Positions 12,070 to 24,868 of a DNA stretch of 64,000 bases are shown in pieces. Source of the stretch: Callorhinchus milii (lineage: Eukaryota); contig NW_024704755.1 of assembly GCF_018977255.1 (NCBI RefSeq), forward strand, positions 5,890,001-5,954,000, written 5' to 3'. How positions within the stretch are numbered: position 1 is the first letter of the stretch; each line of letters starts with the position of its first letter. The notes beneath the pieces were generated by a model, which made no database searches, was not told where the DNA came from, and worked only from the letters and a program-made list of their open reading frames with translations. A program made the position numbers and the translations under genes.

Positions 12070-14456
12070 TTATGTTAATGTATCCTCATGTCGTAAATAT
12101 TCGCCAATATCAGCCTGGTGAAATACAACGACTGCCATTGGGTCTAATTTCCGACAGTCTTGAGTTGATTTTGCAGCAACTCCAAAGCCCTGGAGAAAAT
12201 TAAGAAGATTTTTAAATTATGTAAATTGTACCAATGAACATTAATGGCATATTCTCAACATAGTCCTGAAAACCACATTGCCTATTTTGAAGGAAGGTCA
12301 TTTGTGAACAATAAGAGTCTGCAGTAATAAGAGTTACCAGTCTGCAAGTTATACTCAAATGATTACTCAGGTGTTTATATTACCTTTGCTTACAAATACA
12401 CAGGCAATAATCCTTAGCATATTCTTTTTCTGTTTGTTTTAATGTTTGTTCAGAGTAAAAATGATCCTATCCTCTTGCTTACCAATGGAACGTCAGCCAT
12501 GGAATAAACCACAACACCTTGATACTGAGCCGTGTTCTCCGTAATTCGGCCCAGACCAGATTTCAAAACGTGGTTTCCATACAGGAACGATTGTTCAGAT
12601 CCAGGCTTCACCCATACTTTGTACTGAAATTAAAACAAACACATTGTGCATTTTAGCAATGAGGACTGCGTGTGTGTCATTTAAGAAACCGTCTTGTCTC
12701 ATATTTTCATTTATTAACCATTTCTAAACTACATAAATTTACATTGACTTTTTGCTGCTACTCAATTGTCGGAACGTAGAGACACCTACCTTAGCATAGG
12801 GAGCAAGGTAGTCGAGAGCCGTTACATGCAATCGAAATTTTGATGTTTTGGTGAATTTCCCAAAGCATGTTCCTAATGAAACAAGTTTATTTCGAGGTAT
12901 ACTTGTTGCCAGTTTCAGGATGGTCTCACTGTGGAAAAAAAACCTCAACAAATCAGGTAGGGAGCAAAACCTTCCCACCTAAAGTAGAAAGCATTGCACA
13001 AATAAACTGCTATGAAGGGAAATCAAACTATTACATAAATCTGAACTCAGAACAACTGAATATGAACAAATTCTATCATCCCTTGTCACATACAGGATTC
13101 TTTAAAGTGAAGGTTTTCCCCCCCAGTCAGACCAAGTAACGTCAGGTCTCACTTCTTACCTGACGTAATAAATACGATCGTTGTGTAAACGGAAGCAGTA
13201 GGTTCCGTCAGGACGATCCACTAGCAGCTTAATATTCTCTCCAATGCTGAAGAAAAAAGTTTTGAAACAGTTAAAGTGCAAAATTACATATAGAATTAAT
13301 GAAATCAACCGTGAGCAAATCCGCAGATACAAAATAAACATACCCCCACATTGGAATTTTGAGCTCAATTAAATTATAGTGCAGTACTCCGGGAATTTTG
13401 GAAGTGTCGTCCTTTGAATGAGATATTAAACCAAAATCTTGTATCCATGGATGACAAAGATCGTTTACTTTAATCAGACGGAGTAACCCACCTGTAAGCC
13501 GCCCGTATACAGAAATTTCCTTGTGCCTGGAATGAAATGTGCACACTTTTTTTGGGGGGGATGCACCCTTATTACTTAAAATCTAAGAGTATGAGTCGTG
13601 TATCGGTGAGAACGAAACTCTGGGTTTCCCCAGAGTATTACGCTGTTACATAATAAATAATCCTTGTTTTTAACCGCAGCACCTTATCACGCGGAGACGT
13701 CTCAAAACGCTTCACAGGATATACCTGTACCGTAAAATTCTACTGATCAGCCAGACTGGCCGGTCTATCAACACCCGCGTCCTGGAGTACCCCGGGGCCG
13801 TCTGGCTCGGGGGAATGGACCACCACAGCGGGTACGCTGCCCAGCGTGTGCGCCTTGCCGCCTGCCAGCCCACGCATCCTTCGCCTACGTCCTCCCGAGG
13901 AGGTCAGTCGCACGCCGGTCACTGAACTCCGAGGTGGTTCCGTGGGGCCCCCTCGCCAGCGCGAATCGCTGACAAATCCGCACCGGCTACACATCTGACA
14001 GCGCGGTCGCCCCTTTCGCAAAAGCTTTTTTTTTCGGGGGGGGGGGGGGGCGGGGGAGAGGGAGGAGGAGAAACTTTAGGACTTTACATTCGCAGGTGAT
14101 GTGGATTATTCCCTGGACCCCCCCCCATTTTTATTCTGTTTTCTCTTAACCCTGTACAGCACCAGCCTGACCCCACGCCGTGAGAGGGGGGGGGGCAATG
14201 ACCACCATGACACGGGAGGGAGAGAGAGAGAGAGAGACCTGACAGATCCAAAGCTTTCACGCTCGGGCCCAGGGCCCCACGCGAGGCCCCGGTGTCCCCC
14301 CCCCCACCCTCTCCCTCTCTCCCTCTCCCTGTCCTCGGGCCCTCCTCCAGTTCCTCACTCCCCGGTCTCGGGGCGGGGGGTCGGTCGGTCGGACACTCAC
14401 TATCTTGAGAGCTTCTCGAACAGGAGCCGCGTTTCTTCCTCCGTCAGCGGCCGCAT
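12070..14456 (-). CDS. NIP7: 60S ribosome subunit biogenesis protein NIP7 homolog, copy 1 (intact, 180 aa)
   Basis: Exons 14456-14401 ([19 protein letters not shown]), 13246-13160 ([28 protein letters not shown]), 12928-12790 ([29 protein letters not shown]), 12623-12483 ([31 protein letters not shown]), 12189-12070 ([37 protein letters not shown]). All GT-AG with compatible phases. Confidence 0.96.
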
Positions 14457-17150
14457 CCTCCTCCCCGGCACGTGGTGCGCTTCCCCCCTCAGCCGCCTGT
14501 CCGCCCCGACCGCCTGTCCGCCCCGACCGGAAACGGAACTCTGTGTCTGTGGTCGTTCCGTCCGGGCGGAAATCCGCGTCTCCCCGGCAACCAACCAACC
14601 AACCAACCGCCCGCCCGCCCGCCCGCGGCTCCCGGTCACAGTCGAGCGCAGCGTTTTTAAACCCATCGTTTGTAAATTAACGGCCGCTCAGCGGCGGCCA
14701 CCGAGACTCTCTCTCTCCTTTCCTTCCTCCCTCCCTCCCTCCCTCGCATCCCGTTCCCTCCCTCCCTCCCTCCTCTGCTTTCCTTCCCTCTCTCCCTCCC
14801 CCTCGGTTGAAGATGAGTGGAATCAGTGGAGAAATGAGGCAAAGGTGACACAGCAGAGCCCTGAGCCCCGGGTGTGTGTGGGGGGGAAGAGAAGTGGGGC
14901 TATGATTTTGTTACCCGCCAGTTAGCCCCGGGTTACTGACTGTGTGTGGGGGGGGGGGCTGTGTGTGTGTGTTGGGGGGCTGTGTGTGTGTGTGTTGGGG
15001 GGCTGTGTGTGTGTGTGTTTGGGGGGGCTGTGTGTGTGTTGGGGGGGCTGTGTGTGTGTGTGTTGGGGGGGGGGGCTGTGTGTGTGTGTTGGGGGGGCTG
15101 TGTGTGTGTGTGTTGGGGGGGCTGTGTGTGTGTTGGGGGGGCTGTGTGTGTGTGTGTTGGGGGGGGGGGGGGGGGCTGTGTGTGTGTTGTGGTTGGGGGG
15201 GCTGTGTGTGTTGGGGGGGCTGTGTGTGTTGGGGGGCTGTGTGTGTTGGGGGGGTGTGTGTGTTGGGNNNNNNNNNNNNNNNNNNNNNNNNNNNNNNNNN
15301 NNNNNNNNNNNNNNNNNNNNNNNNNNNNNNNNNNNNNNNNNNNNNNNNNNNNNNNNNNNNNNNNNNNNNNNNNNNNNNNNNNNNNNNNNNNNNNNNNNNN
15401 NNNNNNNNNNNNNNNNNNNNNNTGTGTGTGTTGGGGGGGGCTGTGTGTGTGTTGGGGGGGGGCTGTGTGTGTGTTGGGGGGGGGGGGGGGGCTGTGTGTG
15501 TGTTGGGGGGGCTGTGTGTNNNNNNNNNNNNNNNNNNNNNNNNNNNNNNNNNNNNNNNNNNNNNNNNNNNNNNNNNNNNNNNNNNNNNNNNNNNNNNNNN
15601 NNNNNNNNNNNNNNNNNNNNNNNNNNNNNNNNNNNNNNNNNNNNNNNNNNNNNNNNNNNNNNNNNNNNNNNNNNNNNNNNNNNNNNNNNNNNNNNNNNNN
15701 NNNNNNNNNNNNNNNNNNNNNNNNNNNNNNNNNNNNNNNNNNNNNNNNNNNNNNNNNNNNNNNNNNNNNNNNNNNNNNNNNNNNNNNNNNNNNNNNNNNN
15801 NNNNNNNNNNNNNNNNNNNNNNNNNNNNNNNNNNNNNNNNNNNNNNNNNNNNNNNNNNNNNNNNNNNNNNNNNNNNNNNNNNNNNNNNNNNNNNNNNNNN
15901 NNNNNNNNNNNNNNNNNNNNNNNNNNNNNNNNNNGGGGTGCCGGGTGACAGCCGGAACCTTTCTCCTGGGTCCGTGGCGCCGCGTTTCCCGCTGGTCCGG
16001 GTCCCCGGGCTCCGGCTTCCGGTTGTTTACTCTCCGTTCGGTCTCCGGGGCCTCAGTCGGACAGTCGGTGGTTGTTGAGGGGGGAAAAAAAAAGCCGCGA
16101 AACTAAATGTATGTTATAAACACAATAACATCGTATCAATAAAAAAAAATGTGTTAACATTCCTTTATTTTACAATAATTTCGTTATTTTTTTAAAAAAA
16201 TTAAATAACATCCCCTCCCCCCACACACCCCCCACCCCTCACACCCCTCCCCCCCCCCCACACCCCCCCCCACATCACACACACTCCCCCCCACACCCCC
16301 TCACACACACACACTCAACATGAAACGGAACAAACGGGGCCGCTTCGTGTCGGTGGCGATGGCCAAGAAGATGGAGAAGCTGTCGGAGGGGCAGCGGCAG
16401 CGGTGGGTCCGGGACCAGCAGCCCCGGCCTGAGGGCGAGGCGGCGGCGGCGGCGGCCACACGAGCGGATTGTCGCGGGCCGGAGACAGGTCAGTGTCCCG
16501 GTCTGGCCTCCCCCCCTCTCCCCCCCCTCCCCCTCCCCCCCCCCCCCTCCCTCTCCCTCTCCCTCTCCCCTCCTCCAGATCACAACAATAATATATTTTA
16601 AAATGCAAAAGGGATTAAACGACGGCTTAAGGAAGGCTTCATCGCACAGTCCCCGGCGCTCCGGCTCGTGACAGGAGACCGAGAATCCGGGGAGGGAGGG
16701 AGGGAGGGCGGCTTTACACTCGGGCTCCAGCCCTCGGCACCTGTTCGGCTGCTCCGAGACCTCGGGCTCACTCCCTCCCTCACTCTCTCCCTCCCTCACT
16801 CGATCCCGGTTTGATCCCCATCCCGATCCGCTCGCAAAGTCAGTGTGGGGGGGGGAGGGGGGGCGCTTCGGACCCGTCGTTCGCTCGGGGCCGTCTTCCC
16901 CCGCCGACGAGTCGCGACTTCTGCCAAAACTTTGCACACTCCATAAAAAGCTGACGGCAGCGCCGGGGGCCGCCACAGAGGGGAGGGAGGGAGGGAGGGA
17001 GGGAGCCATCCCACTCAGCTCCTGCCCACCCCGCGAGGTAACGAGCCCTCGCTGGACATAGCAGAGCTCTATCGGCGACGGGGGCTGTGTAAGTTCCGAC
17101 TGTGATTAAACTCCCAACAGTACCCCCCCCCCCCCCCCCCACACACAGTG
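13740..17150. promoter_or_regulatory. CpG island / probable bidirectional promoter of NIP7 and ZNF276 (copy 1)
   Basis: GC- and CpG-rich interval spanning the divergent first coding exons (NIP7 ATG 14456, ZNF276 ATG 16320). ETS/GABP-type CCGGAA/TTCCGG motifs near 14527 and 16011-16022, and GC boxes. Interrupted by a G/GT minisatellite and N gaps. Confidence 0.65.
14940..15934. repeat. Compound G-run/(GT)n minisatellite (unit about GGGGGGGCTGTGTGTGTGTT), with assembly gaps
   Basis: Visible tandem units; N runs at 15268-15422 and 15520-15934. Confidence 0.9.
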
Positions 17151-17304
17151 ATGGCTAAAAGTAATTTTAAAAAAAATGACCCTCAACAAACTCACGCATG
17201 AACTGCAATAGGGCATACGATCGCTTCCATCAATCTGATGGGTTTGTTGGCGACTGACTTTGTTGGCGACTGACTGCTGGATTTATTGTTTGTAAAATAA
17301 CCCG

Positions 17305-17430
17305 CGGTGGGGGGGTGGTGGGGGGGGGGGTGGTGGGGGGGGTGGAGGGGGTGGGGGGGGGGGGGGGGGTGGGGGGGGGTGGAGGAGGGGGGGGGGGGGT
17401 GGAGGGGTGGGGGGGGGGGGGGGGGGGTGG
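17305..17430. repeat. G-rich low-complexity tract (G runs separated by T/A) in ZNF276 intron 1; repeated at about 29972-30126
   Basis: Directly visible poly-G/GGT runs. Confidence 0.85.
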
Positions 17431-19535
17431 TGTGAGCAGAGAGAAGTCGAGACAGTTTGATGATGAAGAAGCTGCAATGTACTTTTTTGTGTGGTGCACG
17501 TGAGAAGCTTCGGTCTGGCAGATTGTACGAGAGAGGTTACAACGATAGTGTTCCAGTACGTGGTCTTCCCGGATGTTCCAGGAACTCCACGTACTTGAAG
17601 GACTCAACCGGCCGCTGACCCCCCCCACCCCCCCCCCCCCGTTCCCCCCTTTTTTGAAGATGCATAACCAACTTAAATTAACTTTCCGTTAATGGCCACT
17701 ATTCGAACAAAAGCCGGAGAAGCACAGGAAGGACCGAGATTTGGTGGAGTGGCGCAATATCAAAGGTTTACACTTGCACTTACACTTGGAAGTGCAGGTC
17801 CAAGTTGTCCAATAGACAGGCGTTGGGGAGATGCAGCTATTGCAATGGTTATGGTCATGTCAGACAGTCTAGTCCTTGATCCCCTTAACATTCAACAAGT
17901 ATTTGCAACAGATCAGCTCCGAGTGCCAAGAGGCACCAGTGATATTCGCTTGTCTTACATCAATAGATTCTGTGATTTCCTGAAGGAAATCAGATGAACT
18001 ACTGAACCGTAACTTGGAAAATCTGAAGAATCAGTGACTGAGTCTCCTTATCTATGATCCCAGAGTTTATTTGTAGGACATCCAGCAGCTTGATGAGAAC
18101 TCCATCGCCAGTGAAATCAAAGTCTTTAAATATCTAACCTCACAAGAATGCTTCCCACATAGAGAATTTTGATGTAGAGCTAATATCCAGCAATCAGTGG
18201 TGCACCACCCTAATACAGCAATGTGCTGTAGCACCAAAATCCTTTTCGCATCTTTTAAATACTGTATGTAAGGGAAGAAATAATACTATTTTGATTTGTA
18301 AAACTAATTGCTAGTTTCAATATTTTAGTGAGTACCCCAGAAATGGATTTCTTTCAAAGTGCCTTTCCTAAATGTCAGCAATTTTAATACACACGATGAA
18401 CTAACTTCCTTAAATATTAGTTCTCAGCATAATTTACATAAAATAACAAATGGTAAATTTTTAAACAAAATTTCCTCCCCCTTTTCTATCAGCTGCACCT
18501 ATTGTTGTGACCACCAGCTATTGCCGCCTCTGCCATGGCAAGTTTTCCTCCAGGAGTTTGCGGAATGTCTTTGCAAAGGTTCCTCTGATTGACACAAATC
18601 CAGAGAGGCAGCGAAGAGCACAACAAACTTTCTGTGCCGATTTCCAGAGGCTGGTTGGCATTGTGGTAAGGCAGGATCCCACCTTGCCCCAGTTTATCTG
18701 CAGAACTGTCACGCTCAGTTTTTAAATGCCGGAGTATCCTGCGAAATTTCATTCAACGAGTGAATTCTTCTCCCGTGGCTCCCGTACAGCGAGGACAATA
18801 GGCGGGCAGGTACCTGAAGACCAGATGATTAATGTGTGTGTTATTTAATGTGTGTGTTATTTAATGTCACTAATGTACATAGTTAATTTATAACGTGTGC
18901 AGTACTCTACACCTGAGTGTCTGTTATACACAAGTATAACTTGAAAAGAAAATGTGAAAAGTATATTCAGCTATTATTTAGCATCTCCAGTCCAGTATTG
19001 GTCGGCTGAAGAAGGCACTGTGTCTCTATCTTAGTCTTGTTTTTATTTATTGTCTTGTTACACCACATTAGCCTTACACTCATTTGGGGTGAAGGAACTT
19101 GTACTTTCTTTGATATCGTTTCCCACTTGTGTCTTGATTGATAGCTTAGGTCTTCACAGTCAGGCGGGTGGATGGGTGGGATAATTAATTGGGTAAATAG
19201 AAAGCATTGAAAGCTTCACTAAATATAATTGTATGTTTTGACCACATTTCAAAAAATGCATAAAGGTAAGAGGCTTTTTTAAATTTTTTTTAGTATTTTG
19301 TGATAGGTTTCTTTACTCCTTAGAAAGATCAGCAGATGATAGATAAGTTACTATTTTTTTCATCGTCAACTGTAACTGAACAAAGAGCAACATTGATGTT
19401 AATTGTCGAGCATTCCATATAAATGCCCTTTTTATTAGCTACTGGATCAAGGCATAATTTGCCCCACAGCAAATAGAATTTAACTCACTGTTGTTTCACA
19501 TTTTGAATAAATGGGAGTTTTTGTGTTGTACAATC

Positions 19536-19648
19536 ATAATAATAATCCTTGCATTTCATATAGCGCTTTCCACTTCGGCGGGGACATTGCAAAGCATTTC
19601 ATAGGATATACTGTAAAGGTGTAGCAATTGTATTTTGTAGGCGAACAT
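19536..19648 (-). mobile_element. SINE 3' fragment (duplicated at about 32236-32348)
   Basis: ATAATAATAATCCTTGCATTTCATATAGCGCTTT..GGATATACTGTAAAG. Confidence 0.7.
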
Positions 19649-22600
19649 ACAAGAAGGGCATGTAGTTTATAAGTGACAGTAAATTTTACATTTTCAACCT
19701 CAGTTGAATGTAATGATTTTTTTCTTTGTAGGTTTTTTGCAGCCACTGAATGTCATTCACACCATCACTTTCACAGCCTCCATTAGGTGATTCAATTCCT
19801 GGTAAGTGAACCAGAGCGCAGTGCACAATTAGCTGGGTGTTTCACCTATATTAGTCGAGAAATGAAGTGTAGAACGAATTGGAAATTGCTGATAATATTT
19901 TCTGTTTGCATAGTACCAGGCATCATAATGACTCATTTTTGAATGTTCAGTTATTGTTTACGATTTATAGGAAAATGCAAAAATAATTATGTAGCACAAA
20001 TGTTTACTAAACATAGGAGGTTTCATTTATTTTGAAACGCGCTGCTTCAATCTACAGTACTGGATGTGGTACAGATTGTTTTATTTGCTTCTGATTTTTT
20101 TTAGATATCAAACATATGCTAAATGATAGACTCTTAAGTGCAAGCCCACAATGTCTGCAGATTCTAGTCACTTGGGCTCACCATCATGGCAGTAGCTGCA
20201 AATCCACACCGAGCCTTCAGAGCGTCTTATCTGCAGAGTATCGTGGAGTGGTTGGAGCTGTGTGGGGCTGCCAGGAGGGGCACAGTTATATCCTGGACAC
20301 ACATTTAAATCACAGTGTTTCACTTAGTGAAGAGCACTGCCCACGCAAAGAGAATAATGATCCAGTGAAAGAGGAAATTGTGGAGAGCACATCATCACGC
20401 CTGTCTTCCCAGAATGGATCGGGCCCCGAAAATGGCGAGGGCAGGTCTATCTCGAAGCCTCAGCCAGTCCCAGTGTCACTTTGGTCGTTAGACTGCCAGC
20501 CTTGTACACACAGTGGGGTTGGTTCACAGCCAGCAGACACAGACAATTCAGGCCAATCGTCATTGAACAAGGACATGTTTTTACGATCACAGCCTGTTGG
20601 TGTTGAATGCTCTTGGGAAACACTTCACTTGCAGGATGCTACTCGGGTTTTAAAATCAAAAGGTAAGAGCTTTATTTAAATGCTAGTTTTCAAGTTTTAT
20701 TTAAATGCACTAAAATAACTAAACTTGCAGTAAAATGCAAGTTTTAGTTCAAAAGCTGAAACGTAACTGGAGCAATGACACAAACCAGCAGCTGGTACAT
20801 TATTTTGAAGTCTGTTAATGAGATGATGTGAAAACAGTGTAATAAACGCACTTGTTGGGAACTCCTCCTACTTGCTTTGATAATAACTATTACTGTATTA
20901 GAACGTGTTAAGCCTTGCCTCCCGCATAACCAAAATTATCCATTGCCTCTGAAAGACAAATTCCTGTCAGAGGTGAAGAGATCCTATTAAAAGGTTAAGT
21001 CTGCACTGACATTTATGCAGAAGTTAACTGCATGTCAGAGTGGTTTATTTTTATTACTCTTTAAAGATGCAGTGTCACTGTTTGTACCTCTTATGCCAAC
21101 ATCAGAGAAGTGATTTGCCTCAGGAATGGCCTTGCAGATTGAATGCTACAAGCAGGTTTTTTGTTTTTAGAGTTGATTTCTGATTCTGATTTTAGAGTTA
21201 ATTTTATCTGATGAAAGGATCAAGTACTGCGATACTTGGTGTTAATGGCTTGGTAATCGTGCTTAACGTAGCCACGAAAACTTGTTCCGCTTTGTTTCTT
21301 GCTCTACCCTAACTGTTGTAACAATTTTTTTTACTTTCGTCACCAATAGGTCAAATGAGCTGCAACAAAGCATCGTGTTCCATTATGGTTGATGCCGCTG
21401 ATGGGTTAGAGTCCAGTGATCTCTCTGATAGGTAGGAGTCATTACTGCCAGCGGTGTTCTACTGAGACAATGTACAACGTTCAGTTGAAAGTTTCGCTTG
21501 GAACTCAGATCTTTCATGCTCCGTGATTGCAAGAACTCTAAGAGCTCTAGCTNNNNNNNNNNNNNNNNNNNNNNNNNNNNNNTTGAGGGTGTTGTGGGTT
21601 ACCGTCATCAAGTTATTTCGCGTCACGCCCATGCGGGTTAGATCGTGTGTACGAAGCTTTCCACTCTGTTGCAGACGAATCCATAAAGAATTAATCAATA
21701 TCAACATCCCTCCATTATTGTGACTATCAGGATGGTAGAATGCAAGCTAGATTGACATGGTCTTTTTGCGTCTAGCAATTCATACGTTCCCATGTTCAAA
21801 CTAAATGTTTAGTTTCCTCTTGGAAAAGTCAACAGTAAACCAGGACTCCAAATGTCCCAGAATGGGATTTGGAGCCTGCAACTGCATCAAGTCCTTTTTC
21901 TATTCAGGTGTAATTTCCTTGTTTGGTTGGCAGTTGTTCCCTTTCTCCTTTCCAGCTAGTGGTGATTGCAGTCTAAACACCAGTATTGTGGTCGTATGAA
22001 CTATCTACCTCTCACACGAAGTGGAAAATAGGTCAAGTGGAAGTTCAGTAAATCTTATTAACAAAAACTTGTATCTAACTATTTACAGGAAACTCAAGCT
22101 TTAGGAACCTTGTTTTGTATTCAGTGTTTCCAGTTCCTGTGGTTACCATCCTAATAGTCGCATGCTATAATGGAGAGATGTTGTAATATTAATCAATATA
22201 CTGACACATCATTCCATTAGTACCAAAAATCTAATTTCCAATCTATGACCTTTTATAAAATTTGGGTGGCTTTCCTGACATTGGACCGTTCTGCTGACCT
22301 AAATATGAATATGTGAAGCTATACAGATTCAATACAAGATAATCTTAAAATCTTCAATGTTTTGCATTTACACAAAAGCAAACCGATAGTAGCGTGGAAA
22401 CAGGTTCATCATTTCCTTTGACTGCATTTTGTTGTTTTCCGCTTATAAATAAACATTGCGGTGAACTGTTTCATAAGCAGAGAACAAAGTGTGGTGAACA
22501 AGAAATTATTCATCATGAGACGGATATTCCTGAAATTCCTGCTAACTGGTATTTCAGGGTTTGATGACCTCTACATACATTAAAGTTAATATAAACCAAA

Positions 22601-24868
22601 GTCCCAGTGCGAGGCTTGGATCCCTGTGAAGCGCTTTGAAATGTTTTCTGACATTAAAGCTGCTATAGTTGTCTAGTTGGCGCTGAACCCACACCTCTGA
22701 CTGAAGTGTTACCAACTAAGCTAAAATAACACCTAATATTTTGTCTGAACTTGTGCCGAATATAGCATTTAATTCTACCTGGGCTTTATGTTCTTACCAA
22801 GAATTTCCCACAAATACTTCTATAGACAATCCCATAATACATGAGGAAAGTTGTTTACTGCTCAGTATCAAATTCCACTTGATGTTTGCACTCCCAAATA
22901 AATGAGTCACCTAAAATTTCCCCAAGGCTGAAAATTTGGGTGACTTTTCTGACATTGGACCACAATAACTTCCAAGTAATCAAGATGGAATTCCCATCTA
23001 CTTTCCCATGAAACTCCACACTCAGGTAGGTCAAGGGACTTTTACACTATGTGAAAATATATTTTCCTACTGCAGAAAGCAGAATTGTCTGTTCAATCTC
23101 GCCATGAAGCAACACTCTGGCGTTATTTTTCTACGAGCGACAATGTGATTAAAAACTTAAATATCTGCATATTGGGAGCCAATCTATATTAAACTCCAAC
23201 CGAGTCTGTTTCTGGAAGCTGATTTGTCCATTAAGTGACAGAAAGCCCCAAGTAATGTACCACAACTTTTTATTCCCCAAATTTGAATTTGGGGCTATTT
23301 TGAAGCTGCTGATTAATATTTCTGAGCAAAGTAATAAAATAATTGGATCATTTTCGCTAAATTGTGGGATCTTTACCTGATGGTTCTTCCCTTTTTTAGC
23401 TGTTTGGAGTTTCTATCCGACAGCCTATTTTCATCTAATCCGTAGTCACAATACAATTTCATTTTTGGGCAGTGATTTGGAGGCCTCACGTGGCCAAGCG
23501 TTGTATTACAGTAACACTATCTTACTTTGTAAATAACATTATACTTTAACATTGTGCATAGCTAGGATTTGAAAATAAGACCATTCTTTGTGTTTTACAC
23601 AATATATAGCTAATTATTTTTCTGCCAAACAAATCGATCAAGGCTACTTTTGTATCGATAGCTAATTTTTAAGATCATTCATAGATACGGTTTGGGTTGA
23701 GAGCCCAATTGAGTTGCTGCAAGGATGTTACACTAAATGTGAAGTTTCATTTTAATGGAAACACTGCAAGATATATTCCAAGTACCTGATCCCCAACATC
23801 AGACCGTGCCTCATATATTATAGAGAATTAAAAATCAAAGTTACAAATTCTAATCTCTAAAACAATCTCAGGTGTAAAAATCTAATTACATCCATTTTTG
23901 AGTTTGAAGTACAAGGGAAAGAACGTAGGAGGAATAATAATAATCTTTGCACTTGATGTAGTGCCTTACAGTGTCTTTGAGCTGTCTCAAAAGTACTTCA
24001 CAGAATATACTGTAAAGTGTAGTGACTGTATTTTGTGGGCGAAATGCGGTTTTTGATCATTGTACACTGGGAGTTGAGGAATCCTGTAAACCCAGTTTAT
24101 CTCGGCTTTTTTTAAATCCGTTATGAGGTGAACAAAATAACCATGGCAGATCAGAAACTGCGTTTTTATATAGAAAATCGAATGTCATCTACTTTGAAGA
24201 TGAATACAAGCATACAACTGTGGATACAATCATATTGTAACAGATACAATACATTAGCAGGACTAACTGCAATGGTGGCAGAAAAAAAACTGTCATGCAG
24301 TAAATTTTTTCAAATATTTTCTGCAAGTTAACTGAAATCATACACTTTCCAATTAATGTATGTAAATTCCCAAAATTCAAAATCACACTGGATACAAGGT
24401 GAAATAGGTGTCAGAGATAGCCAGAGCTGTTCCATGTAATCTTCAGCTAAAATAGTACTTTTAAACAATTACATTTAATACCTTAAATTTTAGTTATCAA
24501 AAATCATACCTCGTCCAAAAGTGTTCATTTCAATTCAATTTTGAGCCAAAATTAAGAAGGCACAACAGATATAAATATAAAACAATGGTCTGAATCACTA
24601 CGAACGTTCTGAAATGTGCTCTCTGATACAACTTTTGAGATCTTTAAAATATTGACTGCCTTGAAATACCAGCTTGAAAAAGCGATACAAGTTTGGAAAC
24701 GATCTTGAATAACATTTCAGATGTTTTCATTTCTTACTGAAAGCAACCTTGAGCCTTCCCACAATCCGCTGCGGTGGAGCAGCCAGTAAGTTGCTGAATT
24801 ATCTTCCCCTTCCATAGAGAATCTGACGTGTGAGAAATAGTTCTTTTTGTAGCTAATAAGACGATAAG

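Larger units (their letters stand above)
16320..21431 (+). pseudogene. ZNF276: ZNF276 partial copy 1 (exons 1-5 only, disrupted as assembled); probably a redundant haplotype/clone copy
   Basis: Exons 16320-16488 (MKRNKRGRFVS.., intact), 18493-18809 (ZAD; two 1-bp deletions near 18704 and 18723, and CAATAG where copy 2 has CAAGAG), 19732-19801 (1 bp short), 20105-20662, 21350-21431. The copy ends at the N gap starting at 21553. Confidence 0.7.
8846..21552. repeat. Tandem segmental duplication, copy 1 (~12.7 kb)
   Basis: Near-identical to 21654-34242. Both start at AAGCTTTCCACTCTGTTGCAGACG, and similarity ends at ..AAGAACTCTAAGAGCTCTAGCT. Confidence 0.95.

Noticed and set aside
14101-14925. 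274-aa plus-strand ORF and other overlapping ORFs in the CpG island
   Set aside because: Stop-poor GC-rich promoter DNA; frames are not preserved in the duplicate copy and no domain is recognisable.
14942-16106. Long ORFs (334-386 aa) rich in C/V/G/W, and equivalents at 27688-28827
   Set aside because: Translations of the G/GT minisatellite and N gaps; no coding signal.
17230-17628. Proline- or glycine-rich ORFs (also 29897-30302)
   Set aside because: Produced by the poly-G tract; low complexity.
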